Part shown: positions 48,173 to 57,927 of the stretch, piece by piece
Layout of the letters: the number at the start of each line of letters is the position of its first letter
Numbering within the stretch: position 1 is the first letter of the stretch
Source: a virus
Virus record (IMG/VR): IMGVR_UViG_3300042731_011319
Coordinates: 1 to 64,000 of that record
Reading direction: 5' to 3' (one strand)
Length of the DNA: 64,000 nt
Translations under genes and position numbers: made by a program
The notes under the pieces: model-generated
What the model was told of the DNA's origin: nothing
Database searches by the model: none
Seen by the model: the letters and a program-made list of their open reading frames with translations, nothing else

Positions 48173-48957
48173 ACCGTAGTTAAATTATTTTTTTCAAGAT
48201 AGCTTTCCCAACAAAACTCATCACTCCCTAGATGATCGAAATTGGGTTTCTCGAGAGAAAGATCGCGACCAGCAAAAGAACTCCGCCCGCATATTAATTT
48301 ATAAGTTAAATAGGCGGAAAAATCTTGCTTGTTTTTATAGAAAATTGATTGAGTCGACTCGGTTTGGAAACCATGAGAGTCGCAGTATTTAATTACAGCA
48401 TCCTGGGTCATTGCATCAAATGGCAGGCTATTACTTTCGATAAAAAAAGTAGGTGCGGTAAAAGTAAAATGAGCAAAACAAGACTGAAATGTAGTTAAAT
48501 TTTTAAAAATAAAGGAATCATAAAAAGGGATACATAGCTTTAGGCAATCTTCATCCCAGAACGATTGAAGAAAATTAAAGTCCATCCATCCATTATGTTT
48601 TGTTTTACATTCAGTATAAATTTTGTTTAATAATTTACAGCCGTCTGAGTTTTTAGGAAATAATATAACTTTATGGCTGCATTTTATATCTTTTGGATCG
48701 ATAGATTTTGATAAATCATCGCACATGTCTAACCTTAAGCCAAAAATGAGTTGCTTGTTTAAATCAAAGCATACTTTGCGGGCTTGCAGGAATCCCATGA
48801 AACTGTCTTCAACCAGAATAATTCTATCAAGAGAATAATCTTCCGCAATATCAAATATAGAATCAGGATTTTTAGTATTAGGATCTATCGCAGGAGAATC
48901 TAAAGTTAAAATAGATTTTCCTATAGAAAAATGACTTTTAAATAATGGTAAGATCAC
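48169..48957 (-). CDS. Stand-alone PHP domain of DNA polymerase III alpha
   Basis: PLFKSHFSIGKSI, IFGLRL, L.PKN..G...L.KI match the DnaE N-terminus; metal ligands degenerate. Confidence 0.8.
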   Translation of the reverse strand: MILPLFKSHFSIGKSILTLDSPAIDPNTKNPDSIFDIAEDYSLDRIILVEDSFMGFLQARKVCFDLNKQLIFGLRLDMCDDLSKSIDPKDIKCSHKVILFPKNSDGCKLLNKIYTECKTKHNGWMDFNFLQSFWDEDCLKLCIPFYDSFIFKNLTTFQSCFAHFTFTAPTFFIESNSLPFDAMTQDAVIKYCDSHGFQTESTQSIFYKNKQDFSAYLTYKLICGRSSFAGRDLSLEKPNFDHLGSDEFCWESYLEKNNLTTV

Positions 48958-48963
48958 CCATAC

Positions 48964-48992
48964 AGGGTAACACTAAAGAGTAAAAAAGTCAA
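48964..48992 (-). promoter_or_regulatory. sigma70-type promoter (leaderless) of the polymerase operon
   Basis: TTGACT-N17-TACCCT-N6-GTG with TG extension. Confidence 0.65.
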
Positions 48993-49804
48993 GTATTAAT
49001 TGCAGATCCGTAAATTTTAGGCCAACAATTAATGGGTATACTAATCCGAGATTCAGAAAGAGGTCGCTGTCCAGAGTTTGAATTACAATTTAAATGTAGA
49101 TAATTACCGGGAAATAAGATGACCGAACCTGGCAACGAATCAATAGAAATAAATCGATCACTCTTATAGTCTAAAATTTTAGAGCTAACATAATCAAAGG
49201 ATGAGTCTATAAAAGAGGGTTTGAGTACCCAACTATAACGAAGTTCGTCGAACTCGGGATCTTTTTCGATTGTAAAATAATCATTCAAATCATCGATAGT
49301 CGTACCATCAAGAATGTGAAGTTTGGAATTTGTTTGGGAAGTCTTGTTGAAAGGCAAACTTACAATACTGTATTTTGGGAAGTCTTGATTCAAGATAGAA
49401 TCAAATAATTCAATAGATTCATCTCGATCAATATGAGGAGCTCTTGAGCTTCTGCTAGCCCATGTTTCATAGCATTGAATATTAGATATATCTAATAGAT
49501 TCAAAGAAATCAAAGAGTTAATAATGTGCTCGGTATATCTTTTGCGAAGTTCTGACTGAGCTTCGTTTAGCTCGCCAAACTTTTGAGAATATTCAATTAA
49601 TTTTTGATTACTAGAGGCGATAGAGTTGAAATTCTTATCAAACACATGAGTGTAGCGAAAAATGTTGTCTGAATTTATTGGATCGTTTACTGAGCTGCCA
49701 GAGAAAATACATTGCTCGATTAAATTACCGCCATAAGAATCAAATAAATCTTGGATGATGCCGCTTATAATATATATACCTGAACCTAATTCTTGTACCT
49801 TCAT
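48989..49804 (-). CDS. Putative 2OG-Fe(II) oxygenase
   Basis: HID, PGSVILFPGNYLH, RISIPINCW. Confidence 0.6.
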   Translation of the reverse strand: MKVQELGSGIYIISGIIQDLFDSYGGNLIEQCIFSGSSVNDPINSDNIFRYTHVFDKNFNSIASSNQKLIEYSQKFGELNEAQSELRKRYTEHIINSLISLNLLDISNIQCYETWASRSSRAPHIDRDESIELFDSILNQDFPKYSIVSLPFNKTSQTNSKLHILDGTTIDDLNDYFTIEKDPEFDELRYSWVLKPSFIDSSFDYVSSKILDYKSDRFISIDSLPGSVILFPGNYLHLNCNSNSGQRPLSESRISIPINCWPKIYGSAINT

Positions 49805-49806
49805 AA

Positions 49807-50397
49807 TTAAAAAGTAATAAATGAAACTAAAATATATCTAGTGCCTGATGTAACTGGTCTAGATCCGTGTTGATATTTACGATTGCCGGGATGCATTAAA
49901 AGATCTCCTTTATTGGGTTGAATTAATTTTCCATGAAATTTTTGATCTCCTACAAAAAAAGTGCCTCCTCCTTCAAAGTTGTCAGACAATAAAATATTAA
50001 TAGTATACATAACATGATCACCGTCAGTATGCAGCTTGAGGTGGCCTTGTGTTTCAGGTGTATATTTAGCAATAAAACTATGATCCGAAAAAGTTTCTTT
50101 GCAAACAACTCCAGGGACGAAAGATAGGCAGTATAAAGCCATGGGGTGAATATACTTTCTTAAAAATTCTGTGTATTCTTCGTACAAGTCTAAAGATACA
50201 TCCTTAAGTAAAATATCAGTAGTTGGTGCAGTTTGATGGCGATCTGTTAAAAATCTAGATTCATCTAAGCATTGAATAAGATGATCGCATGTATTTCCAG
50301 AAAAACAAGGTATTTGAAAAATTCCAGGATGAACTTCATCAACCATTAATTCCCATTCTTGGCTCAACAAATGAGGCGATATATTTAGAGAATTCAT
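49807..50397 (-). CDS. 2OG-Fe(II) oxygenase, lysyl-hydroxylase (PLOD)-like
   Basis: PTTDI, FIAKYTP..Q..L.LHTD, TINI.L, FEGGGT.F, MHPG...QHG.RPVTSGTRYILVSFI. Confidence 0.85.
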   Translation of the reverse strand: MNSLNISPHLLSQEWELMVDEVHPGIFQIPCFSGNTCDHLIQCLDESRFLTDRHQTAPTTDILLKDVSLDLYEEYTEFLRKYIHPMALYCLSFVPGVVCKETFSDHSFIAKYTPETQGHLKLHTDGDHVMYTINILLSDNFEGGGTFFVGDQKFHGKLIQPNKGDLLMHPGNRKYQHGSRPVTSGTRYILVSFITF

Positions 50398-50402
50398 TAA
50401 AT

Positions 50403-52094
50403 TTAAAATGAATCGAGGATGTCTAGGCTGCCATCAGGTGGTGTTAGCCGATAGCCGCCATGAATCCAAAGCTCGATGCCATGATCGGGCATACTGGTGC
50501 CTATCGGATACCTCAAAGGAATATCATGAGTAATATCTAAATGATTTGTACTGCCATCGTCTTTATAAAGACTATCAAACCAATCCCTCGGATGAGTTCC
50601 TATATCAACGCCCTCAAAAAAATATACCGACCACTCATAAAAAGCGCATGGATTATCTAATTTTCCGCCATATCCATTCGATCTAACCCATGTTCTATTT
50701 AGTTTTCTAATATGTCCGTGAGGTAAAATGATAGCCATCGAATAGTATCCATTACCCAAGAGGGTGCCGGTATCACCAGCATTAAATGTGGTGGTGTAAT
50801 TCGGCCATTTTGAGGTATAGCTAACCAAAGGCCAAGTTTGATGCAGAAGATGAGCATACATGGGTCCATGGCTACTACCACAACCGCCTTCGAGAAAAAC
50901 CAATCGCTGTTGATTGCCATATGGGTTGCCAGTCTTCCATTCGACATTGAGTTTTATTTCTTCGCACCCACCTCCAGATTTAAGAGCTTGAAACCATATA
51001 TAAGAACCCTCCTTGCCAACCGTGTCCGCGTAGTTCTGTCCTTCAATTAAAAAATCAGTATAATCACTGCCTGCACCATTGCTATTACCATGAGCTATCA
51101 ATTGCCAACTAGGATAACCTGTGAGAGCCGGCGGGTTTGGTTTTGCGGAATAAACAATTTTAATATACTTGCCTTGCCAGCTTACGCGACCATAACCATC
51201 TACCCAAAATCCATAAGTAAAAGCATCGTATCGACCATTGGTATTCTGGCCATCTTCTAACATAATATTAAAGCCAGCTTTACTCAATTGAACATCAAAC
51301 TGTATATTACTGGTTTGTATAACCGCAACGCCTGAAACCTCTAGGCCTGTATCATAATCCAATACTTCAACTCGATGTGCATTTCTACCATCAGCGAAAG
51401 CGGAAACCCAAACCTCTACAAGCATGGATGTGGTGTTATGGCCATGATATACTGTCCATGCACTTCCTGGACTAACTGGGCCTACCCACCCAGTAGATTC
51501 AACAGAGCTGGTGGGCATTTCAATGGCGCCCCAACTGCCGTCACCTTTAAGATATGCATTTTCGCTTCCAGCTGAAGGGGCTGGCACAAGACCAGATGTT
51601 CCAGCCGTACTTGAGCTTGCGCCACTAAAAGCAGGTGTGACGGGCAAAGGCCTCCATGTGCCGTCAGCATTTAACCATTCTTTTGCGGCCACCTCTGTAG
51701 CTGTTGGTCCGGGCACTAATCCAGTATGGCCACTACCAAAAGTTCGATGAGATCGCCAAGCAGGGTTGCCTGAGGCATCAGTCATCCATACTGCATGGGC
51801 ATTGCTGCCCCCTGCAGATACAACTCCGGCAGCGGTTTTACTATTTGCAAAATAACTAATCGGCCTCCAATTTCCATCAGCAACAAGTATTTCAGTAGAG
51901 ACAATTTCAGCTTCAGTTGGGCCGGGCACTAAACCTTTAACATCTTTGGAAAATACTTGTTGTAGTTGCATCAGCTCGTGAACTGATATTTTATAAGTGA
52001 TCGCACTATCAAAATCAGCAATAGCTAAAAGATCTTCATCTTTCAAAAAATTTGCGGGAGGAACAGATAGATCTCGAATAGTATTAAATGACAT
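50403..52094 (-). CDS. Tail fibre / receptor-binding protein B (paralogue of 34729-36435)
   Basis: Near-identical N-terminus and shared repeats, different C-terminus; GTGTA-N12-ATG. Confidence 0.75.
   Translation of the reverse strand: MSFNTIRDLSVPPANFLKDEDLLAIADFDSAITYKISVHELMQLQQVFSKDVKGLVPGPTEAEIVSTEILVADGNWRPISYFANSKTAAGVVSAGGSNAHAVWMTDASGNPAWRSHRTFGSGHTGLVPGPTATEVAAKEWLNADGTWRPLPVTPAFSGASSSTAGTSGLVPAPSAGSENAYLKGDGSWGAIEMPTSSVESTGWVGPVSPGSAWTVYHGHNTTSMLVEVWVSAFADGRNAHRVEVLDYDTGLEVSGVAVIQTSNIQFDVQLSKAGFNIMLEDGQNTNGRYDAFTYGFWVDGYGRVSWQGKYIKIVYSAKPNPPALTGYPSWQLIAHGNSNGAGSDYTDFLIEGQNYADTVGKEGSYIWFQALKSGGGCEEIKLNVEWKTGNPYGNQQRLVFLEGGCGSSHGPMYAHLLHQTWPLVSYTSKWPNYTTTFNAGDTGTLLGNGYYSMAIILPHGHIRKLNRTWVRSNGYGGKLDNPCAFYEWSVYFFEGVDIGTHPRDWFDSLYKDDGSTNHLDITHDIPLRYPIGTSMPDHGIELWIHGGYRLTPPDGSLDILDSF
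51940..52018. repeat. 79-bp exact direct repeat shared with 36281-36359
   Basis: acatctttgg...caaaatcag is identical in both fibre genes, inside a longer similar region. Confidence 0.9.
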
Positions 52095-52117
52095 AGCAAA
52101 TATATATACACTAAAAA

Positions 52118-53281
52118 CTATCTACGGGCACGGTCAATGAAGTGATCTGCTAGCCCACCTTCATTTAAATATTCCTCTAAATCATCAAGCAATTTATTCC
52201 GTATTTCTTTTACATCAGCAGGCAAGTCTTCTTTCTTGTATTTAGCGAAAGTCATAGTAGATGCTATTAATAATAAAATAGCCAGCGGATCAAAAACAAA
52301 TATCAAAGTAATAATAACGATTCTGATGGCTTGATTAGTGTCAATGCTGACACCCCCCCATTCATTTAATAGATTCGCAATATATAATATCGGACCAATC
52401 TCGACTTCCAGGGCCCTAAGCTTGGACCCATATTCAAATTTTTCAGATTCGAGCAAGGTGATACGATGATATGCATCCTCTATCTCTGAACGAGAGGGAT
52501 GATCAAAGGCGTCAATAGTTGAATCTTGAGGTGAAAAAGATAAAATGGAGTCAATTTTTGCTCGAATTTGTGATATGTCAGTATCAATATCACTAGATAT
52601 TTTTTGAATTTTATTTTCGGCGGCTAATTTACTATCAGAAATAGATTTTCGTTCAAGTTCTTGGTTCGAGATTAATTCTTTGTATCGGCTTTGATTGCCA
52701 AAAAGACCGCTAGGCTTGGTGTCGGATAGTTGTTTGTCAAGTTCAGTTAATCTAATATTTAATTTATCAATAATATCATTTTGTATTTTAATTGAATTAT
52801 TTTTTTCTTGCTTTAAATCTTTTACTCTGTTTTGTAATGTTGTTATTATACTGTCTGAATTATCTTTTTGATGGTTTTTATTATTATTAAATAATTCAAG
52901 TTGTTCTTTTTTTCTGGTGATGAAGTTTTGTTCTCGAATGATTTTCTGATCAATTTGATGGATGATGGCTTGTTCTTTTTCTATAGAAGCATGATGCTCA
53001 ACATGAGAGCGGGATAAGAATCCAAAGATGCCCATGCTAGTAATCAGACTAAGCACTACAACCGAGAATAATAAATATCTTTTCAGAAACTTAAATGAAT
53101 CATTCCAGTTATGGTGCAGCCAGACTGAAGCAACTAGTTTGCCCACTTCAAGCACTCCGCCCATTATGATAATAGCATCCCTTGAGCCAGGGAACATAGT
53201 AGCTAAACCAATTACACTAAAGTATGCCGCAGTTAACGAAATTGAAACAGCCGACAAAAAAGTTAATGCCGCAAAAAACAT
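52118..53281 (-). CDS. Conserved phage membrane protein with long coiled coil
   Basis: AAYFSVIGL..F, MG..LEVGK, ITSMGIFGFLS, EIGP, IFVFDPLA. Confidence 0.75.
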   Translation of the reverse strand: MFFAALTFLSAVSISLTAAYFSVIGLATMFPGSRDAIIIMGGVLEVGKLVASVWLHHNWNDSFKFLKRYLLFSVVVLSLITSMGIFGFLSRSHVEHHASIEKEQAIIHQIDQKIIREQNFITRKKEQLELFNNNKNHQKDNSDSIITTLQNRVKDLKQEKNNSIKIQNDIIDKLNIRLTELDKQLSDTKPSGLFGNQSRYKELISNQELERKSISDSKLAAENKIQKISSDIDTDISQIRAKIDSILSFSPQDSTIDAFDHPSRSEIEDAYHRITLLESEKFEYGSKLRALEVEIGPILYIANLLNEWGGVSIDTNQAIRIVIITLIFVFDPLAILLLIASTMTFAKYKKEDLPADVKEIRNKLLDDLEEYLNEGGLADHFIDRARR

Positions 53282-53548
53282 TTAAATCTCCCCTATCTGA
53301 TCGTTGTTATTACAATCTATAATATTTTTATTTAATAATTCGAAATGCACTAATGTAAAGTACTTTCCGCTTCGCTTATTGGATGAATATCCATAGCCAT
53401 GATTTGATAAAAATTTTGTTAACTCAGCGATATACTGATATTCAATATAAACTATGATTTTTAGAGGATATCCGCAATCAGATACTTCCTGAGAGAACAA
53501 GGAATCTTCGCAATACTCATGGCAAATTGCTTCTACTGAATGTGTCAT
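53282..53548 (-). CDS. Hypothetical protein (start revised to ATG 53548)
   Basis: GTGTA-N10-ATG. Confidence 0.55.
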   Translation of the reverse strand: MTHSVEAICHEYCEDSLFSQEVSDCGYPLKIIVYIEYQYIAELTKFLSNHGYGYSSNKRSGKYFTLVHFELLNKNIIDCNNNDQIGEI

Positions 53549-53587
53549 TAAAATAATGTACACATATAAAATTATTTAGTTAATAAT

Positions 53588-54652
53588 TTATAAAAGGTCA
53601 TCAATGTCTGTTTCAGGTTTATTCCAGTAAGGGCATCCTTTATATTTTAATAACTCCATTGTTTCACCTTCTTCTTCTTTAAGAATAATGCTATCTTTGT
53701 CCTCTTCAAAATAGGATTTGATAATCTTCCCGCTTGAATTTTTGACTGCATAATAATTCATAGGTTTGCGATATGGACAAATATATGCAACAATAGGATT
53801 TCCTTCTTTGTCTAGAACAGGACTACCTCGAGACATCTTATATCCATCCTTGCCACACATCAATGGGCCGCCAAATGTTCCGTCTGCAGGATAACTCTGG
53901 GCTCCTGCGAAATTTGAAGTAGCATCTTCTTCGTCAAAATTATCAAGAAAAGACTGGATACTGGTAAGAAAATATTCAATGCCTTCCAGCTCTTCATCAG
54001 AAATTTCTGACATTTTAACACAACCAGAAGCATGTAAATCAAATTTTAAAAACAGGAATTCAACTTGCCGCTTCTTAAAGTGAGGAAATAATTTACGAAC
54101 AGCCAAAGTATAAATTAAATCCTGCAAATTATCGGTAATTTCTTTGCCTTTAAAAACAGACTTGCTACTTTTAAAATCGCGAATAACCGCTAAATCAGAA
54201 TCTTTGTACAAAAATAATTTATCAATAAAGCCACGAACCCTGTAGAGTTTATCAGCTTCATCCACTGTAATATTAAATTCTTGCTCAGAAATAGCTTCAT
54301 CTGGCTCTCCTCTGGCACCGCCAAAAAAATCAAAATGTAGACCTGCTAGAGTCATGTCATTGATGAGCGTCAGGTTTTCTTGGTCATTGACATTCAGTTT
54401 TTTTGCGTGGTAATGAACAAGCCTTCTTATGGGTTCACATAGGAAAATTGAGTCCTTTAAAATGATCTCATCATAAATATCTCTATGCTTCGGGTCTCCT
54501 AGTAGCTCGAAAATTAAGTGGCAAATCCAACCCCGACTAGCTCCGTCATTACTGCGGTCAGGAACTTTTAAGTGATAGGTGGCCCAATAACTCCAAGAAC
54601 AACTTTGAGCTTTTTTAATTCTGCTAGCAGATAGTGGTGTTAAGTCAATCAT
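53588..54652 (-). CDS. PD-(D/E)xK exonuclease (Cas4/RecB-like)
   Basis: SASRI...C, G..H...E, GFID, DFKS, Q...Y, C-terminal Cys residues. Confidence 0.85.
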   Translation of the reverse strand: MIDLTPLSASRIKKAQSCSWSYWATYHLKVPDRSNDGASRGWICHLIFELLGDPKHRDIYDEIILKDSIFLCEPIRRLVHYHAKKLNVNDQENLTLINDMTLAGLHFDFFGGARGEPDEAISEQEFNITVDEADKLYRVRGFIDKLFLYKDSDLAVIRDFKSSKSVFKGKEITDNLQDLIYTLAVRKLFPHFKKRQVEFLFLKFDLHASGCVKMSEISDEELEGIEYFLTSIQSFLDNFDEEDATSNFAGAQSYPADGTFGGPLMCGKDGYKMSRGSPVLDKEGNPIVAYICPYRKPMNYYAVKNSSGKIIKSYFEEDKDSIILKEEEGETMELLKYKGCPYWNKPETDIDDLL

Positions 54653-55694
54653 TAAAAAATTTTTGTTTGTATAGACTAGCGGAAATTTCTTGAGATTTTA
54701 CAAGAGATTCAATTTCTTTCTGGTAAAAAGCTTGATCAAAAATATACTCTTCGCTATCTAGATAATGTTTCCACTTTGGGAATTGATCAGATTGCATATC
54801 ACCAAAATCATTAGCCAATGGATGGTGTATAATGACATTGGATCGATCAAAATAATTTAATAATTTTAAATAACATTTAAACGACCCAATTCTACCCCGG
54901 TTAGAATCTTTGTCTTGATCGTTATTTAATGACAGAACGATTTTAGAGCAGCCACAAGAAACCAAAAAGCAGATCATTGCGGAAGAAATAGATGTGCCAA
55001 ATAAAACTAATACATTCTTGATGCCATGCTGGTGAAGATTCAATAAGTCGCCAATACTTTCCACAAGTATAATAGTTTCGGAATCATAAATAGATGATTG
55101 TATTGATTCTCCATAATCATTAGGAAGGTAAAAAGGGTAAATCCAAGATGATTTTTTACCTACATGCTTCCATTTTGGGCGATCTTTATTGCTTGGAGCC
55201 ATGTCTCTTCCACTAAACCCACAAATTAAGAAATCTGAATTATAAATAGGAAAAACAAATCTCTGGTACATCGAGCCTTCCGTGCATAGTCCAGAAGTAA
55301 AATTTCTTAAAACTATATCATCAATGCCCTTATTGTTGTAAAATTTGTAATGAGGCAATAGCCGATCAAGCATTGAAGTCGGGTATGTTTTTTCCATAAT
55401 TAGCTTGGGTTGAGAGGGCTCGACGATATTTGGTACATCAAAATCATATCCGCCAGTAATTTTTGAAATTTCATCCCTGTCGTTAGTTTGTAAAGTGGCT
55501 GAAACTAAAGACTCTAAAGGTAGATAGGATGAATTTTTAACATGATCTACCCATACTCCTGAGTCCTTATAAACTTGCAAAGCAGTTGGGTTAGTGCCAC
55601 CTCTATAAATAGCATTTGTCCGCCAATGATTACCAAAATCAGATAATTTATAACCTAAATTTGTTAAGATATGTTTAATTTTTTCAGAGGTCAT
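54645..55694 (-). CDS. dnaG: DNA primase (TOPRIM)
   Basis: RFVFPI, GFSGR, PKWKH, LVESIGD, L.GT, NND. Confidence 0.85.
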   Translation of the reverse strand: MTSEKIKHILTNLGYKLSDFGNHWRTNAIYRGGTNPTALQVYKDSGVWVDHVKNSSYLPLESLVSATLQTNDRDEISKITGGYDFDVPNIVEPSQPKLIMEKTYPTSMLDRLLPHYKFYNNKGIDDIVLRNFTSGLCTEGSMYQRFVFPIYNSDFLICGFSGRDMAPSNKDRPKWKHVGKKSSWIYPFYLPNDYGESIQSSIYDSETIILVESIGDLLNLHQHGIKNVLVLFGTSISSAMICFLVSCGCSKIVLSLNNDQDKDSNRGRIGSFKCYLKLLNYFDRSNVIIHHPLANDFGDMQSDQFPKWKHYLDSEEYIFDQAFYQKEIESLVKSQEISASLYKQKFFND

Positions 55695-57190
55695 AAATCA
55701 AGTAAGGGGTCCATTGTACCTTGGCCGGTTAAAGAAACATCAACTTGAGAATCTACTACATCTTGAAGATCTCCAACTTCTGTAATATCAAAATTATCAA
55801 AATCTAAATTAATAAAATTTCTTTTTAAATCTCCTGTGGGCATACGAACGGGCTGTATTGCTCTATGTACATCTTCACCTAAGTGTCTGTATTTAAAGCA
55901 TGTTAAACGATGTGTGCCAAACTGATTATCTTCTTCTGCTAATTCATCCATTGTTTTTTGACGCAGGCCAAAGAGGTGTGAGCTGAATTGAGTGATGCGA
56001 TCAGAAAGAGAAACTATACTATCGTCTTCTACAATATTATCGGAGTGACGATTATTAGTTATACCAGTACGATTACTCTGAACACTAGTCATCATTGAAA
56101 TCATTGGGTCTCCGTCACAAGTAATATCTCGCTGAATTAGTTTTTTAAATTTGTCAACCATTTCACCTACAACTTGCCATTCTGTTTTATTGCCGACATT
56201 TTCTGATGTAGTCTTGATATAGTCAAAGCTTAAGATCATTTTATTGCCTCGTTTAACATGACCATAGTAAAAATGCTTCACCATTTGAATCATTGTGTCA
56301 ACTGGCATGCCGCCGACATTTTGATAATAAAACTGATAGTTTTTAATTAAAGGCCAAACACTTCTCACTTTGTTAACTATTTCTTCTCCGGCATTGCGCC
56401 ACTGTCCAGTCTCTAGTAGGTGAAGTGGTATTTTAGATAAGGCAGCACATTGACGCATCATTAGTTCTTCTTTACTCATTTCACCATTATCTAAATGCAG
56501 AATAGGTATTCCTTCATTTTGAGAAACTTTTAAGCAGAAGTCCATAACGAATTGAGTTTTACCGACACCAGTACGAGCAACTATAGTAGTAATATTACCT
56601 GGCCGTAATAATGAACCATATAAACTATGCAATCTAGGATGAGGACCCCTTGGTCCAAATTCTGTTTGGGGGTTGTTGCCTCTAGCTTCAATCAATTCTT
56701 CCATTTCAGCGAAAACATTTTGAGGTGCATGATCTCCGTTTTCATATAAAGAACTGTTTTTAGAATAAAAAGATTCAGCTTGATGAAAGATGTGATCCAT
56801 ACCTTTTGCAGGATCTAAGTCTTTCATTTCTTTAATAACACCCTGTGCATTGCCTATGATTTCTCTCCGTAAAGACAATTTTTTGATCTCAACAGCTGAT
56901 TCGGTTACTGATGAAATAGATGCACGTTTAAGTTTTAAGGCTCGAATGTAGTCAGATACATTGATGTTATCCTCAAAAGAAACTTGAGCTAGCCTAAGCC
57001 TTTCAGCTAAAATAACTTCATCTACAAAGTTGCCTGATTCATAATCAACACTTAGATGACTATAAATTATACGGTTTGGCTCAAAGAAAAAGTCTTTAGG
57101 TGAAATAAATGCGGCAATTTCAACATACTTATCAGGATGATTAAGTAAGCCAGCAAGAAATTGCTTTTCAACTTCAGCAGAATATACCAT
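55691..57190 (-). CDS. dnaB: Replicative DNA helicase
   Basis: N-terminal E..FLAGL, ARTGVGKT, EM, DYIK, Q.NR, K.RH. Confidence 0.9.
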   Translation of the reverse strand: MVYSAEVEKQFLAGLLNHPDKYVEIAAFISPKDFFFEPNRIIYSHLSVDYESGNFVDEVILAERLRLAQVSFEDNINVSDYIRALKLKRASISSVTESAVEIKKLSLRREIIGNAQGVIKEMKDLDPAKGMDHIFHQAESFYSKNSSLYENGDHAPQNVFAEMEELIEARGNNPQTEFGPRGPHPRLHSLYGSLLRPGNITTIVARTGVGKTQFVMDFCLKVSQNEGIPILHLDNGEMSKEELMMRQCAALSKIPLHLLETGQWRNAGEEIVNKVRSVWPLIKNYQFYYQNVGGMPVDTMIQMVKHFYYGHVKRGNKMILSFDYIKTTSENVGNKTEWQVVGEMVDKFKKLIQRDITCDGDPMISMMTSVQSNRTGITNNRHSDNIVEDDSIVSLSDRITQFSSHLFGLRQKTMDELAEEDNQFGTHRLTCFKYRHLGEDVHRAIQPVRMPTGDLKRNFINLDFDNFDITEVGDLQDVVDSQVDVSLTGQGTMDPLLDL

Positions 57191-57196
57191 GAGGCT

Positions 57197-57225
57197 ATGT
57201 TAGCAGAAAAAAATCAATTAGTCAA
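57197..57225 (-). promoter_or_regulatory. sigma70-type promoter (leaderless)
   Basis: TTGACT-N17-TAACAT-N6-ATG with TG extension. Confidence 0.7.
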
Positions 57226-57496
57226 CACCATTTTCTGGGTCATCGTTTTCTGCACCATACATTAAGTCAGATTCTTCTAAACTTAATAAGTATTTTTCTA
57301 CAGCCTTTCGTAGTCCCATCTCAATAATTTGGTTTTGACATCGTGTGTAAACCATAGGGCTTCCATGTTGGTCTACATATGCAAGAAGAAATCCTTTATT
57401 ATGATCAGCATCACCGGTTAATTCGAAAATTTTCTCGAGCAAACTGTCGGGCAACTGAAAAGAATGAAAATTATTTGGATTAATTTCTTCGCTCAC
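57218..57496 (-). CDS. Hypothetical protein
   Basis: GTGTA-N9-GTG. Confidence 0.6.
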   Translation of the reverse strand: MSEEINPNNFHSFQLPDSLLEKIFELTGDADHNKGFLLAYVDQHGSPMVYTRCQNQIIEMGLRKAVEKYLLSLEESDLMYGAENDDPENGVD

Positions 57497-57516
57497 AATA
57501 AATATTACACATAGTG

Positions 57517-57927
57517 TTATAAGATAACACCAAAAGATTCAAACAAATCCTTGGATAATACATCATTTGGATAAATTTCGACAAGCTTGATATTATTTAA
57601 GTCACAAAATTTTTGTTTATCATTATCTCTTCTTATTTGACTTAGAAATGTAGACTTAGATTTTCCATGAAAAAATGGAGTATACTTCAAGTGTTGTCCG
57701 CCTTGCACTTCGATGGCTATATTTTTATTAGAATTATAAAAATCAAAACTCATTTTAGTGCCAGCAATAGGAAATTCTTCAAATACTATATCCATATCCC
57801 AATAAGGCTTAATGAATTCTTTGACTGAATATTGCAGTTTGCTTCTACTTGATGCGCCCCATTTAATTAAATAAGATTTTGGTTTTTTTACTCGTTTGGT
57901 TGAACCTACTAATGTTTTAAATATCAT
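57517..57927 (-). CDS. Vsr/DUF559-like PD-(D/E)xK endonuclease
   Basis: EEF, FDFY, IAIEVQGGQH, RD..K...C. Confidence 0.8.
   Translation of the reverse strand: MIFKTLVGSTKRVKKPKSYLIKWGASSRSKLQYSVKEFIKPYWDMDIVFEEFPIAGTKMSFDFYNSNKNIAIEVQGGQHLKYTPFFHGKSKSTFLSQIRRDNDKQKFCDLNNIKLVEIYPNDVLSKDLFESFGVIL

Noticed and set aside
26967-50397. C5-MTase + TET + glycosyltransferase DNA hypermodification pathway
   Set aside because: The oxygenases look PLOD-like rather than TET/JBP-like and are linked to a fibre gene, not to the MTase; not fully excluded without nucleoside analysis.
34729-52094. Diversity-generating retroelement or invertible shufflon acting on the fibre genes
   Set aside because: No reverse transcriptase or invertase is in the window; the shared DNA is N-terminal, in direct orientation, and differences are not adenine-specific.
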